Source: Ranitomeya imitator
Taxonomy: Eukaryota
DNA length: 64,000 nt
Assembly (NCBI RefSeq): GCF_032444005.1
Contig: NC_091285.1
Coordinates: 15,500,001 to 15,564,000, forward strand
Reading direction: 5' to 3'
A model generated the notes under the pieces. It worked only from the letters and a program-made list of their open reading frames with translations. It did not search any database and was not told where the DNA came from. The position numbers and the translations under genes were made by a program. Shown here piece by piece: positions 38,889 through 52,300 of the stretch; position 1 is the first letter of the stretch; each line of letters starts with the position of its first letter.

Positions 38889-40781
38889 CTAGCAATTCCA
38901 GTGGGAGGGAGACTATTGCATTTCTCGGCAGAGTGGTCGAAAATCACAAACAGCGTTTGGATAAAAGACACTGTTTCCCATGGTCTCAAGCTGGAATTTG
39001 TTCATATTCCACAGGACAAATTTAGGTTAACACCCTGGCGCTCATCTCCCACTGAACAATTCGCCCTAGAAGAGGAAGTGAGGACTCTCTGTTCCAAAAA
39101 TGTTTTGGTAGAAGTGCCGTATTCTCAGGCAGGGGAAGGGTTTTACTCTCCCCTGTTCCTAATCCAGAAGCCTGATAAATCTTACAGGACCATTATAAAT
39201 CTTAAGGGTCTCAATAAGTTTTTGGTGAAACATACTTTCAAAATGGAGTCCATCAATTCGGCAATAAAAATGCTTTTCAACAACTGTTTCATGGTAGTAG
39301 TGGATTTGAAAGATGCCTACTATCATGTACCCATTCATGCTGATTTCCAACGATACCTGAGGGTAGCGATACTAATGGGGGGTAGGATTCGACATTTTCA
39401 ATTCAGAGCGCTCCCCTTTGGGATCACCTCGGCACCTAGGGTGTTTACTAAAATAATTGCGGAAGTTATGGCGCATTTAAGAGAGTCAAATATCCTTATA
39501 GTCCCCTACTTAGACGATTTCCTCATTGTAGGTAACTCGGTAGATCATTGTCTGTCACAATGGGAGATTGCTAAAACCAAACTAGAACGGTTGGGTTGGA
39601 TCATAAACTTTGAAAAATCTAAATTACAGCCCCTAAATGTTCAAAAATTCCTGGGGTTAATGTTGAATTCAGTGACACAGCAGTGTCTCCTCCCTATAGA
39701 GAAAATGGACCAAATTCAGAGTTTTGTATTAAGAGCAATCAATACACCTTCCATGACACTTAGGCAAGCAATGTCTCTACTTGGGTCACTCACATCTTGC
39801 ATCCCAGCAGTTAAGTGGGCTCAGTTCCACACCAGGTCCCTACAAAATGAAGTCCTGTTCCATGACAGAGCCTTAGGAGGCGCATTGAATGGAAAATTGA
39901 CATTGAGGCCGATAACATTGAATTCCCTTAGATGGTGGCTAGATAAACAAAATTTATCAGCAGGGGTTCCCTGGATGATAGATGTCACCCACGTGATAAC
40001 CACGGATGCCAGCTCTTCAGGGTGGGGAGCCTATATGGGGGACATGGTGGTCCAGGGACAGTGGGAACCCTTCACAACATTTTCATCAAATCAAAGAGAG
40101 TTGTTGGCGGTTGAACTGGCTGTTAAAAAATTCCTCGTATATCTGCAGGGCCAGCACGTCAGAATTCTGTCGGACAACAGAGTGGCGGTCGCTTACATAA
40201 ACCGGCAAGGGGGAACTCGTTCCGAAACTTTAATGCAGATCACGGATCGGTTGTTCCAGGTGGCAGAGCTCAATTTTCTATCTTTGACAGCTCTTCACAT
40301 CAAAGGAAAAGAAAATGTGGCAGCAGATTTCCTCAGCCGAAATGTGTTAAAACAGGGAGAGTGGTCTCTCAACGAGGACATTTTCAATCTTGTCGTCCGC
40401 AGATGGGGTCAACCAGTGGTGGATCTATTCGCCACCAGAAACAACAGAAAAGTAAAACTTTTTTGCTCCCTAAATCCCAGGGAGAATCCCCTGGCGGTAG
40501 ACGCGTTTCTCATGAAATGGGATTTTCCACTAGCCTATGCTTTCCCACCACTGAACCTGATACCTCTAGTGGTGAGGAAAATCAGGGAGGATCGAGCGAA
40601 AGTCATCCTTATCGCCCCCTTTTGGCCCAGAAGAACCTGGTTTGCCTGGCTCAAGACAATGTCTGTAGCGGTCCCCTGGGTACTGCCAGAGATCCCGAAC
40701 TTGCTTTCGCAGGGACCGATCTCCCATCCACAAGTGACGGGGCTCCATTTGACGGCATGGTGTTTGAACGGTCACTATTAG
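38889..40781 (+). CDS. DIRS ORF2: reverse transcriptase, RNase H and DNA adenine methyltransferase-like domain
   Basis: RT: RTIINLKGLN, DLKDAYYHVPI, LPFGITSAP, YLDD. RNase H: TTDASSSGWG, RELLAV, SDN, NVAADFLSR. MT-like: VDLFAT...YAFPP. In frame with ORF1 directly after the TGA at 38886-38888. Confidence 0.95.
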   Translation, partial: LAIPVGGRLLHFSAEWSKITNSVWIKDTVSHGLKLEFVHIPQDKFRLTPWRSSPTEQFALEEEVRTLCSKNVLVEVPYSQAGEGFYSPLFLIQKPDKSYRTIINLKGLNKFLVKHTFKMESINSAIKMLFNNCFMVVVDLKDAYYHVPIHADFQRYLRVAILMGGRIRHFQFRALPFGITSAPRVFTKIIAEVMAHLRESNILIVPYLDDFLIVGNSVDHCLSQWEIAKTKLERLGWIINFEKSKLQPLNVQKFLGLMLNSVTQQCLLPIEKMDQIQSFVLRAINTPSMTLRQAMSLLGSLTSCIPAVKWAQFHTRSLQNEVLFHDRALGGALNGKLTLRPITLNSLRWWLDKQNLSAGVPWMIDVTHVITTDASSSGWGAYMGDMVVQGQWEPFTTFSSNQRELLAVELAVKKFLVYLQGQHVRILSDNRVAVAYINRQGGTRSETLMQITDRLFQVAELNFLSLTALHIKGKENVAADFLSRNVLKQGEWSLNEDIFNLVVRRWGQPVVDLFATRNNRKVKLFCSLNPRENPLAVDAFLMKWDFPLAYAFPPLNLIPLVVRKIREDRAKVILIAPFWPRRTWFAWLKTMSVAVPWVLPEIPNLLSQGPISHPQVTGLHLTAWCLNGHY

Positions 40782-41791
40782 TGGGAAAAGGCTTCTCTCC
40801 AAACTTGGTGGAGACGCTCCTAAAGAGTAGAAAGCAAGTAACTACGAAAATCTACTCTAGGACTTGGAGAAAGTTCTTGTCTTGTTCAAAGTTTAATATC
40901 CAAGACGGGGTGCCAGTACAACAAATCCTAGAGTTCCTACAGAAGGGGTTCGAGTTGAAACTCTCTCCTAGTACCCTTAGGGTACAGGTCTCAGCTTTAG
41001 GTGCCCTGTTTTCCTGTAATATAGCGAATAACTACTGGATAGCGAGGTTTATGAAGGCAGTTAGTAGATCTACACCACTGCATAAAGACAGAACAGTTCC
41101 ATGGGATTTAAATTTAGTTCTGTCCTCTCTAACTAAACCCCCCTTTGAACCTCTGCAGGAGGCCTCGATCAAAATGTTGACACTTAAGACAGCCTTCCTG
41201 ATCGCCATAACCTCAGCTCGCAGGATAGGGAATATACAGGCACTTTCCAGAGCTCCTCCATACACTGAAATCTTGTCAGACAGAGTAGTCCTTAGACCAG
41301 ACCCAGCATATCTGCCAAAGGTGGCGACACGGTTCCATAGATCACAGGAAATAGTTTTGCCGTCCTTTATTCCTAATCCCTCTAATCCTAAAGAGCAGGA
41401 GCTTCATACGTTAGACGTCAGGAGATCTCTTCTTCAGTATATTTCAGCTACTGATAATTGGAAGAAGGATGGGGCACTGCTTCTTTCCTTCCAAGGTCCA
41501 AAGAAAGGATTTAGAGTATCGAAATATTTACTGGCTAAATGGATTAGGGAAACTATCTCTCTAGCTTATACAGCAGGTGGGGGGCCAGCTCCGCAGAACC
41601 TAAAGGCACATTCCACCCGGGCCATGGCGTCATCCTGGGCAGAAAGATCTGGAGTGTCAGTGGAGCAGATATGTAAGGCGGCCACATGGTCATCCCCTTC
41701 CACTTTCTTTAAACACTATCGGTTGGATTTGGGGTCCTCCTCTGATCTTTCCTTTGGGTTAAGGGTGCTACAATCTATAGTCCCTCCCTAA
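40361..41791 (+). CDS. DIRS ORF3 tyrosine recombinase
   Basis: Catalytic motifs ITSARR, AHSTRA (H-x-x-R), ATW and FFKHY. Overlaps ORF2 in another frame (40361-40781); an alternative ATG lies at 40757. Confidence 0.95.
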   Translation: MVSQRGHFQSCRPQMGSTSGGSIRHQKQQKSKTFLLPKSQGESPGGRRVSHEMGFSTSLCFPTTEPDTSSGEENQGGSSESHPYRPLLAQKNLVCLAQDNVCSGPLGTARDPELAFAGTDLPSTSDGAPFDGMVFERSLLVGKGFSPNLVETLLKSRKQVTTKIYSRTWRKFLSCSKFNIQDGVPVQQILEFLQKGFELKLSPSTLRVQVSALGALFSCNIANNYWIARFMKAVSRSTPLHKDRTVPWDLNLVLSSLTKPPFEPLQEASIKMLTLKTAFLIAITSARRIGNIQALSRAPPYTEILSDRVVLRPDPAYLPKVATRFHRSQEIVLPSFIPNPSNPKEQELHTLDVRRSLLQYISATDNWKKDGALLLSFQGPKKGFRVSKYLLAKWIRETISLAYTAGGGPAPQNLKAHSTRAMASSWAERSGVSVEQICKAATWSSPSTFFKHYRLDLGSSSDLSFGLRVLQSIVPP

Positions 41792-43362
41792 GGTAGCTTA
41801 CATCTCTGTAAATCTCTCGTGTGCTGTCATGGGAGTCCGAATAAAGCATTAAGCTACTTACTGGTAGCGGCATTTTTCGGAGGCCCATGACAGCACCCTT
41901 AGTTCCCTCCCTATTCACGTGGGGGTAGCACTTCCTGATATGTATATAGCGTAATATGTAAATCTCACGTATGGTGTCTTATTACAATAATGGGTTATTT
42001 TGTTTCAAATGTATATAATGTATATATTGTATATTTGTGTACCACTAACCGCGGCAGTCCTCTCAGGCTCTGAAATACAACTGATGCATGGGGAGAGGTG
42101 CCGCCCTTTTGTATCTGTAGGTTTCCTGTTCCTTAAGGGCGGATCCCCTCTCTCGTGTGCTGTCATGGGCCTCCGAAAAATGCCGCTACCAGTAAGTAGC
42201 TTAATGCTTTTGGCCAAAATATTGAATCTGATCTTAACATTTGTAATCTCTAAATTATTGCAAGGCCAATGTCTAAGGTACAGTAATGGGGTCTGACTTG
42301 ACCCAAGCCCATTATTGTTCCTTGATATTCAAAATATACAAACCCAACTCAAGTGTTTTTTTTTTTTTACCAAAGCCAGAGTAATGTGTAAAGTATTATT
42401 ACGGGCTATTGTTTTTTAGGTTAATATATAGTTGTGTTTTAGGAAGACACAATTTTTGGGGAACTACATGCACTACAGAAAAACTACCAGAAGCCATGTT
42501 GTACCTTTATATGGATTTTTCGTGGCGGGAAGACTTATTGGTAAACATAAACATAAGTCGCAATGACTGGAATGGCTTCAAGTTTTTGCATAAGTTATTG
42601 AGTGTAGGGGGGCGAGGAACAAGGTTTTTCTGGGTGGTTGAGGAGTATGAGATGGGTTGATGGATTTGAATGGCTCTAACTGCGCTGTGCAGCATTGTTG
42701 ATATGCCTGAGGCAATGGCAGCATAGACAGGATCGAGTATCAAGCATTGGTAAGGGTCGGCTTCACTTAATATTTGGACTACAGAGATCCGAAGTCGCGT
42801 AGAGAAGTTGAATACGAATGTTTTCTGGACTTAACTGCAGTAAGGGTCCGTGGTAAGATGGGCTACATGTTCTAGAAAGTCTTAGTCTGAAGCTAAATGC
42901 CAGTCTCTCCAGAACATTCCATGGTCTTCATCGGTTTTGGGTTCCTGAGGATGAGGGTTGAGCACCACAGGTACGAGATATCCGAACACATACTCATGCT
43001 GGGTAAACTGTAGATGGGTGGGGGGGACACCACAGGAAATATCTGGAAGGTTAGAAAACTGGAGATGATTCCACCAAGTTTAGGGATCTTTACTAGGTTT
43101 CAGGCTTTGACTCCCAACTAGTTACAAACATTCAAGAAGTTGAGGAACCATTGAGGGATGACCGAAAGATGACCAACTGTAAGATGTGGTTGGAGTTGGG
43201 GAAATATTCTATACAGACGTTTTTATGATAATCTTCTGGTAGTACAGAAATGTATCTGCATGATCCAACAGAATAAGGTGTCGTGATAAGGTCACACTTT
43301 CATGTGTTTGGGTGACTTTAGGAAGAGCAAAGCTCAACCGAAGAAAATATGTGTTTATTTAC

Positions 43363-46300
43363 TTAGTCGGAGAACAGGCTTGCAAATGATTTTCTCAGGT
43401 TGCGAATAGTTTCCGCTTTAGCTTCATCCTCATTTCCAGAGCTTCGCTGCGATGGATCCGAGATATTAAAGTTGTTGGTTAGTGACTGCGATTTACTGCA
43501 AAATAAACATATAAAAAGTCATATAACTACTATAATACTGCTCCTATGTACAAGAATATAACTACTATAATACTGCTCCTATGTACAAGAATATAACTAC
43601 TATAATACTGCTCCTATGTACAAGAATATAACTACTATAATACTGCCCCCTATGTACAGGAATATAACTACTATAATACTGCCCCTATGTACAAGAATAT
43701 AACTACTATAATACTGCCCCTATGTACAAGAATATAACTACTATAATACTGCCTCTATGTACAAGAATATAACTACTATGATACTGCTCCTATGTGCAAG
43801 AAAATAACTCCTATAATACTGCCCCTATGTATAAGAGTATAACTACTATAATGCTGCTCCTATGTACAAGAATATAACTACTATAATACTGCTCCTATGT
43901 GCAAGAATATAACTACTATAATACTGCTCCTATGTACAAGAATATAACTACTATAATACTACTCCTATGTACAAGAATATAACTACTATAATACTGCCCC
44001 TATGTACAAGAATGTAACTACTATAATACTGCTCCTATGTACAAGAATATAACTACTATAATACTGCCCCTATGTACAAGAATATAACTACTATAATACT
44101 GCTCCTATGTACAGGAATATAACTACTATAATACTGCTCCTATGTACAAGAATATAACTACTATAATACTGCTCCTATGTACAAGAATATAACTACTATA
44201 ATACTGCCCCTATGTACAAGAATATAACTACTATAATACTGCCCCCTATGTACAGGAATAGTACTGCTGCCCACAGTATTATGGCGGTTTTCAGCATATA
44301 TCGGTGACACACGACTCACTTGAGGTGCGGATGTGGCGCTGGCTGGGTCTTTGCTGTTGCTCCAGGTGGAGCCTGTTGGTTCTGCGCCTGCCCTTGTGCT
44401 GGAGGTCTTGGCTGTTGGGGGGATGGAGACTTAGTGGGGGTCTGGCCTGGAGGTGTTCCACTCGCAGGTCTTGGGAGCTGGGGAGAATTTGGAGACCTCT
44501 GAGGCTGTGGCGAGCTCGGCTGGGAAGTCTGGGTGGGCTGCTGTCCCTGTGGAGAAAGCCTTTGCTGTTGAGGGGCTGCTGTCCTGGGAGAGGGGGCACC
44601 CGGTGCTGGACGGACGCCACCTGTACAGAAAGACATACCGTAATTTAGGTTAATTCTGTAGAAAATAAATCTGATTTATTCCCATCTTCCCTTTTATTCA
44701 GTTAGTTTGGAGATGATTGTCCAGACTGGATGCTATAGCAGCAAACCCTCAGCTGTGGCATGTAAAAGTTTATGCACCCCTGGCCAAAATGTCTGTTATT
44801 GAGAACAGTTACGCAAATAGATGAAATGATCTAAAAGGCCTAAAGTTACAGATGAGACATTTCCTTTTGTTTTTTGGCAAAAAATATATATTGTCATTTT
44901 TTAAATTTTAAAAATTACAAAAAGGACGATGGATTGATGCAAAAGTTTGGGCACCCTTGGAGATTTAGGTGCTCAGATAACTTAGATCAAGGTCTCACAC
45001 CTTAATTAGCCAGTTAGTTATGGCTTGTTCACCATCATCATTCGGAATGGTCAGGTGATGAAAATTTCCACGGTTTATAAAGCCCAGCCTCCTCTAACCT
45101 TGTGCCAATAAACAGCAGCCATGGGTTCTTCTGAGCATCTGCCTAACACTGTGAAAATGGTGAAAGTCACAAAGCAGGAGAAGGCTATAAGAAGAGAGAG
45201 TTTTCAAGTTGCCCTTTCCTCAGTTCGAAATGTAATTAAGAAATGGTAGTTACCAGGAACAGTGGAGGTCAAGATAAGGTCTGGAAGACCAAGCAAAATA
45301 TCAGTGAGAGCTGCTCGTAGGATTGCAAGAGAACAAAATCAAAACCTCCGAGTGACTGCAAAAGACCTTCAGTAAAAATTCATGAGACTGGATTTGTGAT
45401 CATTGTTTTACTGTTCAGAGACATCTGCACAAATATGGCCTTCATGGAAGAGTCATCAGAAGAAAACCTCTCCTGCATCCTCCCCATAAAATTCAGTATC
45501 AGACGTATGCAAAAGAGCATCTAAACAAGCCTGATACATTTTGGAAACAAGTCCTGTGGACCGATGAGATAAGAAGTTTTTGGCCGCAATGATCAAAGTT
45601 ACAAGTATGTGTGGAGAAAAAAATGGCACAGAGTTTCGGGAAAAGAACATCTCACCAACCATTAGGCATGGTGGAGGATCAATCATGCTTTCAGGTTGTG
45701 TCGCAGCCAATGGCGCGGGGAACATTTCACGGGTGAAGTGAAGAATGGATTCAATAAAATGGATAATGATCCTAACCACACGTCACAGTCCACAAAAGAC
45801 GACCTCAGAAGGCTCAAGCTGAAGGTTTTACAATGGCCCTCACAGTCCCCCGATCTGAACATCATTGAAAATCTGTGGATAGACCTCAAAATAGCAAAAC
45901 ATGCAAGACGACCCGGGACTCTCACAGAACTGGAGCAATTCTCCAAGGAAGAATCATATAAAATGTAAAAGATTAAAAAAAATTTTTTTTGTCTAAAATA
46001 CAAAGGGAATGTGTCGTCTTTAAATTCAGGCCTTCTAGAGATCATGTCATCTTCAATTTGCTTAACTGTTCACAATAACAGTAATTCTGACTAGGTGCAC
46101 AAACTTTTACATGTCACTGTATATAAAGGTCTGTAATAGAGCATTACCTGCTATGACCAGCAGATGTCACCCGTGTACCAGAACATATTCCTGATGTTGC
46201 CTTGTTGGTGGGATAAAGGGGAACCCGGGCAGCGACATCGCCCCCTTGTGGAGGAGTTCTGCAGGGCTTCTGCAGACCTGTTAAAAGTTTACCTTGCGGG

Positions 46301-49300
46301 GAAGGTCTTGGTTGAGCTGAAGGTGGAGCGCCCCCCGCTCCTGGTGGTCCCGGCTGGGGCTGCATCTGTGGTTTGATCGCCTGCGGCTGCATCTGTTGCG
46401 GCTGGGAGAGAAGAGATGGAGTTTTTCATGGTCACTGTTGTTTTTCACCTTCTGGGCACAATCCGGGGTGCCCCTCACCCTCTGGAGTGGCACAAGGCCA
46501 GACTGGCACTGAAAATGAGGTATACACACAGTGTCGGGTACCAGGCCTCATAGGAGGGCAATTGCTAGGTTTCTTTAATAAACCGCCCCTTTAAGGTAGA
46601 TTAAAAAATGTGAAAACCGTTCTTAGATATTTTTCTTTAAAGCTGAGCTCTGACAACCGACAACCTCCTGCTTTCTGATGTCAGGGTCGGATCTGAATAT
46701 ACCTGATTTCTCTGACTCGGGGCTGCCGGAGATTTCATCAGGACGTGCTCTGTCATTCTAGCCACCACCAGATCGGCCACGAGCTGTCGGTCCTCCTCCA
46801 CGTGTTCTCCGATCAGCGGCATCGAACTGTCCATCACCTGGAGAGCAGGAGACAGAAAAAATGACAATATTCCTATCTCTCATCTGAGACTAAAAAGTAA
46901 AAAAAAAAATGTTTGGAAACCGTCGGCAAGTTGCTGTTGACAGATCTTTTTTCCTTTAGAATGTTTCTGAAAACTGTAAATTGACGTCCACACGACCCAT
47001 AATTAATACTTATTAATAAAAATCACAATCTGAAGTGGAAAGTTCACAAAAACATGCTTGGAAACTATCAGCAAGTTGCTGTTGACAGATCTCTTTTCCT
47101 TAGAATGTTTCTGGGTCTCTGAGAACTGTGAATTGACATCCACACAACCCATAATTAATATTTATAAAAATCACATAAGCTGAGACTGAAAATGCAAAAA
47201 CCGTGCTTGAAAACCACCAGCGAGTTGCTGTTGACCGATCTCTTATCATTAGAATATTTCTGGGGCTCTGAGAACTGTTAATTGACATCCACATGACCCA
47301 TGATTAATATTTATACAAATCACATCATTTGAGACTAAAAATTCACAAAAACATGCTTGGAAACCGTCAGCAATGTTGCGGTTGATAGATCGCGTCTCCT
47401 TACAAAGTCTCTGGGTCCCTGAGAACTGTAAATTGACATCCACATGACCCATAATTAATACTAATTTATAAAAAAAAATCACATCTGAGGCTAAAAGTTC
47501 CCAAAAACATGCATCAAAACCATCAGCAAGTTGCTGTTGGCAGATCTCTTGTCCTTAGAATGTCTCTGAGAACTCTGCATTGACGTTCACACAACCCATA
47601 ATTAATATTTATTCCTGCTTGTTGATTGTTTCCATGCAGATTTTCACAGTTGTGGCCTCTACATGCTGACTGTTTCCCTTCATCCTTGTATGATTGCGGG
47701 TTTTTGTGGTACTTCTGACGGTAATCTAGCACTAATAAAAAGGGTCTGTTGTAGCAGTTCTGCCCCTGAATGGAAATTATGTGCAGTTCCAAACATGGCC
47801 ACGAAGACAAGAGTGGCGCTGCTCGCTCCTTTACTAATTATTACTAGGAAAAGCGGTAAAATAATAATGAACAGGAAAGAAGTGACGATATGAGCGGCTC
47901 ATTAACGATGACAGCGTGACCCGACATCCACGGAAGCATCTGGTGCCGCCATCATTCCTCCTGCACAGCGTCACACCGCGACCAGAAATAGGGGCCGCGT
48001 CACCGATGGCCTCATGTCACACCAATAAAAGGAAAAGTGTCACGTTCAGTGGAAGGACTAGAAATGTAGTTCAGGTAGGCGGGGCCATAGAACGAGAGGT
48101 GGAGCTAAAACTATAGAAGGGGTGGAGCTAAAACTAGGAGAGGTGGTGCTAAAAACTAGAATGGGTGTGGAGCTAAAAACGAATGAGGGAAGGAGCTAAA
48201 AACTAGAATGAGGGGTGGAGCTAAAAAAGCTATATAAGGAGGGGTGGAGCTAAAAACTAGAATGAGGGGTGGGGCTATAAAAGCTATATAAGGAGGGGTG
48301 GAGCAAAAACTATAATGAGGGGTGGAGCTAAAAACTATAGAATGAGGGGTGGAGCTAAAAACTATAGACTGAGGGGTGGAGATAAAAATTATAGAATGAG
48401 GGGTGGGGTTATAAAAGCTATAGAATGAGGGGTGGAGCTAAAAACTAAAATGAGGGAAAGAGCTTAAAACTAAAAACTGGGGCTATAAACTATAGAATCG
48501 GGTGGTGAAAACTAGAATGAGGGATGAGGCTAGAAACTAAAATGAGGGGTGGAGCTAAAAACTATAGAATGAGGGGTGGAGCTAAAAACTAGAATGAGGG
48601 GTGGAGCTTAAAACTATAAAATGAGGGGGGAGCTAAAAACTATAGAATGAGGGGTGGAGCTAAAAATAGAATGAGGGGTGGAGCTTAAAACTATAAAATG
48701 AGGGGGGAGCTAAAAACTATAGAATGAGGGGTGGAGCTAAAAACTATAGAATGAGGGGTGGAGCTATAAAAACTAGAATGAGGGGTGGGGCAATACAAAC
48801 TAATCATGGCACACAGAAGGCGGTATTATTTGGAAGCTCCCTTTGTTTTAGGCATTAAATGCTGGTAGTGAGTGGGTAACTTATCAATACATTGTCTTGG
48901 CACTATATGGCGGTATTATGCAGCCTATTTAAGGGAGTATTATGTATAGATGCTGCACACTGGGAACAATATGGCGGTATTATGTGACCGGTATATAACC
49001 GATATTATCTCGGCACTATGTTGTGGTGTTATACGGCCCAATAGAAGGGATCTTATTTGGTTCTGCATATAGATAGGAAACTACATGGCGGTATTATAGG
49101 GAAGATACATGGCAGTACTTATTGGGGCACTGTATTGCAGTATGATGTAATTTGGTTCTGCAGACTATATTGTGCTATTGTTTAGAAACTATTTGGCGGC
49201 ATACGTGGACTGTATATAGCAGTAATATGTGGATTATTTAAAGGGTGTAGGTTTCGATACTGCATATTATTTAGGTATATTAAGGTTGTATATTACAGTA

Positions 49301-52300
49301 TTATTTAGCACTATATAGCGATATATTTTGTGCCTCATTCTCTCTACTTATATATGACTCTGTTCCTCACCTCGATAATATAATCCTTGTCATCTTTGCT
49401 GTGTACGGCTTTCACCGCGCAAATGTCCAAACCGCCAAACATCTCAGCGCAGGAGTCCGCCCACAGCCGGTACCTGAAACGACAATTACACAATATTCAC
49501 GATATACTTCTACTGTAATGGACTGATACAAAACTCCAAATCCTCAGCTCATAATGACTTCTCTGTAATGTTGTATTGTATCTGCCTGCAGCCACCACTA
49601 GGGGGAGCTCCCTGTATACAGAGATACATGATAAGATCCTGTCTGCAGTCACCACTAGGGGGAGCTCCCTGTATACAGAGATACATGATAAGATCCTGTC
49701 TGCAGTCACCACTGGGGGGAGCTCCCTGTATACAGAGATACATGATAAGATCCTGTCTGCAGTCACCACTAGGGGGAGCTCCCTGTATACAGAGATACAT
49801 GATAAGATCCTGTCTGCAGTCACCACTAGGGGGAGCTACTTGTATACAGAGATACATGATAAGATCCTGTCTGCAGTCACCACTAGGGGGAGCTCCCTGT
49901 ATACAGAGATACATGATAAGATCCTGTCTGCAGCCACCACTGGGGGGAGCTCCCTGTATACAGAGATACATGATAAGATCCTGTCTGCAGCCACCACTAG
50001 GGGGAGCTCCCTGTATACAGAGATACATGATAAGATCCTGTCTGCAGTCACCACTAGGGGGAGCTCCCTGTATACAGAGATACATGATAAGATCCTGTCT
50101 GCAGTCACCACTAGGGGGAGCTCCCTGTATACAGAGATACATGATAAGATCCTGTCTGCAGTCACCACTAGGGGGAGCTCCCTGTATACAGAGATACATG
50201 ATAAGATCCTGTCTGCAGCCACCACTAGGGGGAGCTCCCTGTATACAGAGATACATGATAAGATCCTGTCTGCAGCCACCACTAGGGGGAGCTCCCTGTA
50301 TACAGAGATACATGATAAGATCCTGTCTGCAGCCACCACTAGGGGAAGCTCCCTGTATACAGAGATACATGACAAGATTCTGTCTGCAGCCACCACTAGG
50401 GGGAGCTCCCTGTATACAGAGATACATGATAAGATCCTGTCTGCAGTCACCACTAGGGGGAGCTCCCTGTATACAGAGATACATGCTAAGATCCTGTCTG
50501 CAGCCACCACTAGGGGGAGCCCCCTGTATATAGAGATACATGATCAGATCCTGTCTGCAGTCACCACTAGGGGGAGCTCCCTGTATACAGAGATACATGA
50601 TAAGATCCTGTCTGCAGCCACCACTAGGGGGAGCCCCCTGTATATAGAGATACATGATCAGATCCTGTCTGCAGCCACCACTAGGGGGAGCTCCCTGTAT
50701 ACAGAGATACATGATAAGATCCTGTCTGCAGTCACCACTAGGGGGAGCTCCCGGTATACAGAGATACATGATAAGATCCTGTCTGCAGACACCACTAGGG
50801 GGAGCTCCCTGTATACAGAGAGACATGATAAGATCCTGTCTTCAGCCACCACTAGGGGGAGCTCCCTGTATACAGAGATACATGATAAGATCCTGTCTTC
50901 AGCCACCACTAGGGGGAGCTCCCTGTATACAGAGATACATGATAAGATCCTGTCTGCAGTCACCACTAGGGGGAGCTCCCTGTATACAGAGATACATGAT
51001 AAGATCCTGTCTTCAGCCACCACTAGGGGGAGCTCACTACATATACACATAATTCAGTGAGCTCCACCTAGTGGTGACTTTAAGCACCAAGTATTTAATC
51101 AATTAACTCTTTGTGATAAGCCTCTCACCTGTCAGTCATTGCGATCTGCTCCAACATGGCCGAGCCGGTGTTTGCCTTCCAGTTCCCAGAAATAGACGTG
51201 CGCCTTAATAAAAAATATAAAGCAACAGAAATAAATCCTGGTGTTTTACAATCTTCTGCTGTGAGAAAGACTTAGGGTTTTGGGTAAAAAGAAGGTTTCC
51301 ATTCACTGACTGCAAGTGTAGAAGTAAAGTGACTGTGGCCGGCTTCTCCCAGCTGGTGAGGTGGGTTTCTTGGGGGTCTTTTCATGGGTCTCTGCACCTG
51401 CGGTGATCAGCGGAGTTAACCCTCGCTGGGGCAGAGCTCGTTGCCATTCTCTCCACGCTCCCTATGAAAGGGCTGGAGGCAGCCGGGGCTCGCAGCTGAC
51501 GTTCCCATCATTGCGGCTTTATATTGGGCCGGTGGCTATTGGCTCGGGCCGCAGACCACGTCCCGGCCTCGCAGACAGCGCGGTATTGTTCGGTAGCCGA
51601 TTCCCCCCGGGGTGCGTGTCCTGCGCTTCCTGATGTGCGGATCTCCCACAAGGACCCGTGCCCGCCTGTGATGGCTTCATTGTGCCCTGTGCACCCACAT
51701 CATGCGGGGTCACCCGGCTGCAGCCATTAATCATACGAGTCACCAGGCGGATGATGAGAGTGAGAGTTACCCTCCGCACACACCATGTACAAGGGACAGT
51801 CCATCATGGGGGGCAGCGATTGGCACGGGGGTCCTGAACATCTTTGTTGGATCCTCGCTATGTAGTCACAGTATTTATTAGGGGTGAGAAAGGAACGAAC
51901 GATTAATAAACAGTATTCTATGGATATACTCCAGAGCTGCATTCATAATTCTGCAGGATTTCCTTCTTGGGCCCCCATATCATAGGAGCACAGCTAAACC
52001 GTATGGCTGTGTGCACATGTTGCAGATTTGTTGCCTTCTTTCTGCGTGGATTTGTGGCAAAACTTGAAGTGTCATTCACACGGGGAAGAAAATAATCTGC
52101 AGCGTCAATTCTCTGTGCATCACTGCCAAGAGATGGAGAAATGTTACTCAATGGCTGTGCCTGACAACAACCTAGCTGACTGTTTCATAATAACCAACAG
52201 AATTATGAATACAGCTCAGGATGTAACTCAGGATCAGTAATGTATGTACACAGTGCCTGCACCAGCAGAATAGTGAGTGCAGCTCTGGAGTATAATACAG

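Larger units (their letters stand above)
36614..42210 (+). mobile_element. Full-length DIRS1-group tyrosine-recombinase retrotransposon
   Basis: 92-bp perfect inverted repeats (36626-36717 / 42078-42169). The internal complementary region 41814-41896 is complementary to the left end (36614-36645) and the right end (42157-42207). TTT termini; gag, RT/RNase H/MT and YR ORFs are all open. Confidence 0.97.

Noticed and set aside
38033-38989. 318-aa antisense ORF over DIRS gag
   Set aside because: No recognisable motif; plausibly a shadow of the sense ORF. Conservation across copies would be needed to support it.
42507-42743. 78-aa minus-strand ORF downstream of SYN3
   Set aside because: Non-ATG start, no recognisable homology, probably 3' UTR or intergenic.
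51480-51660. CpG-rich patch with two inverted CCAAT boxes in a SYN3 intron
   Set aside because: Could be an enhancer or internal promoter, but the motifs are short and nothing else supports it.
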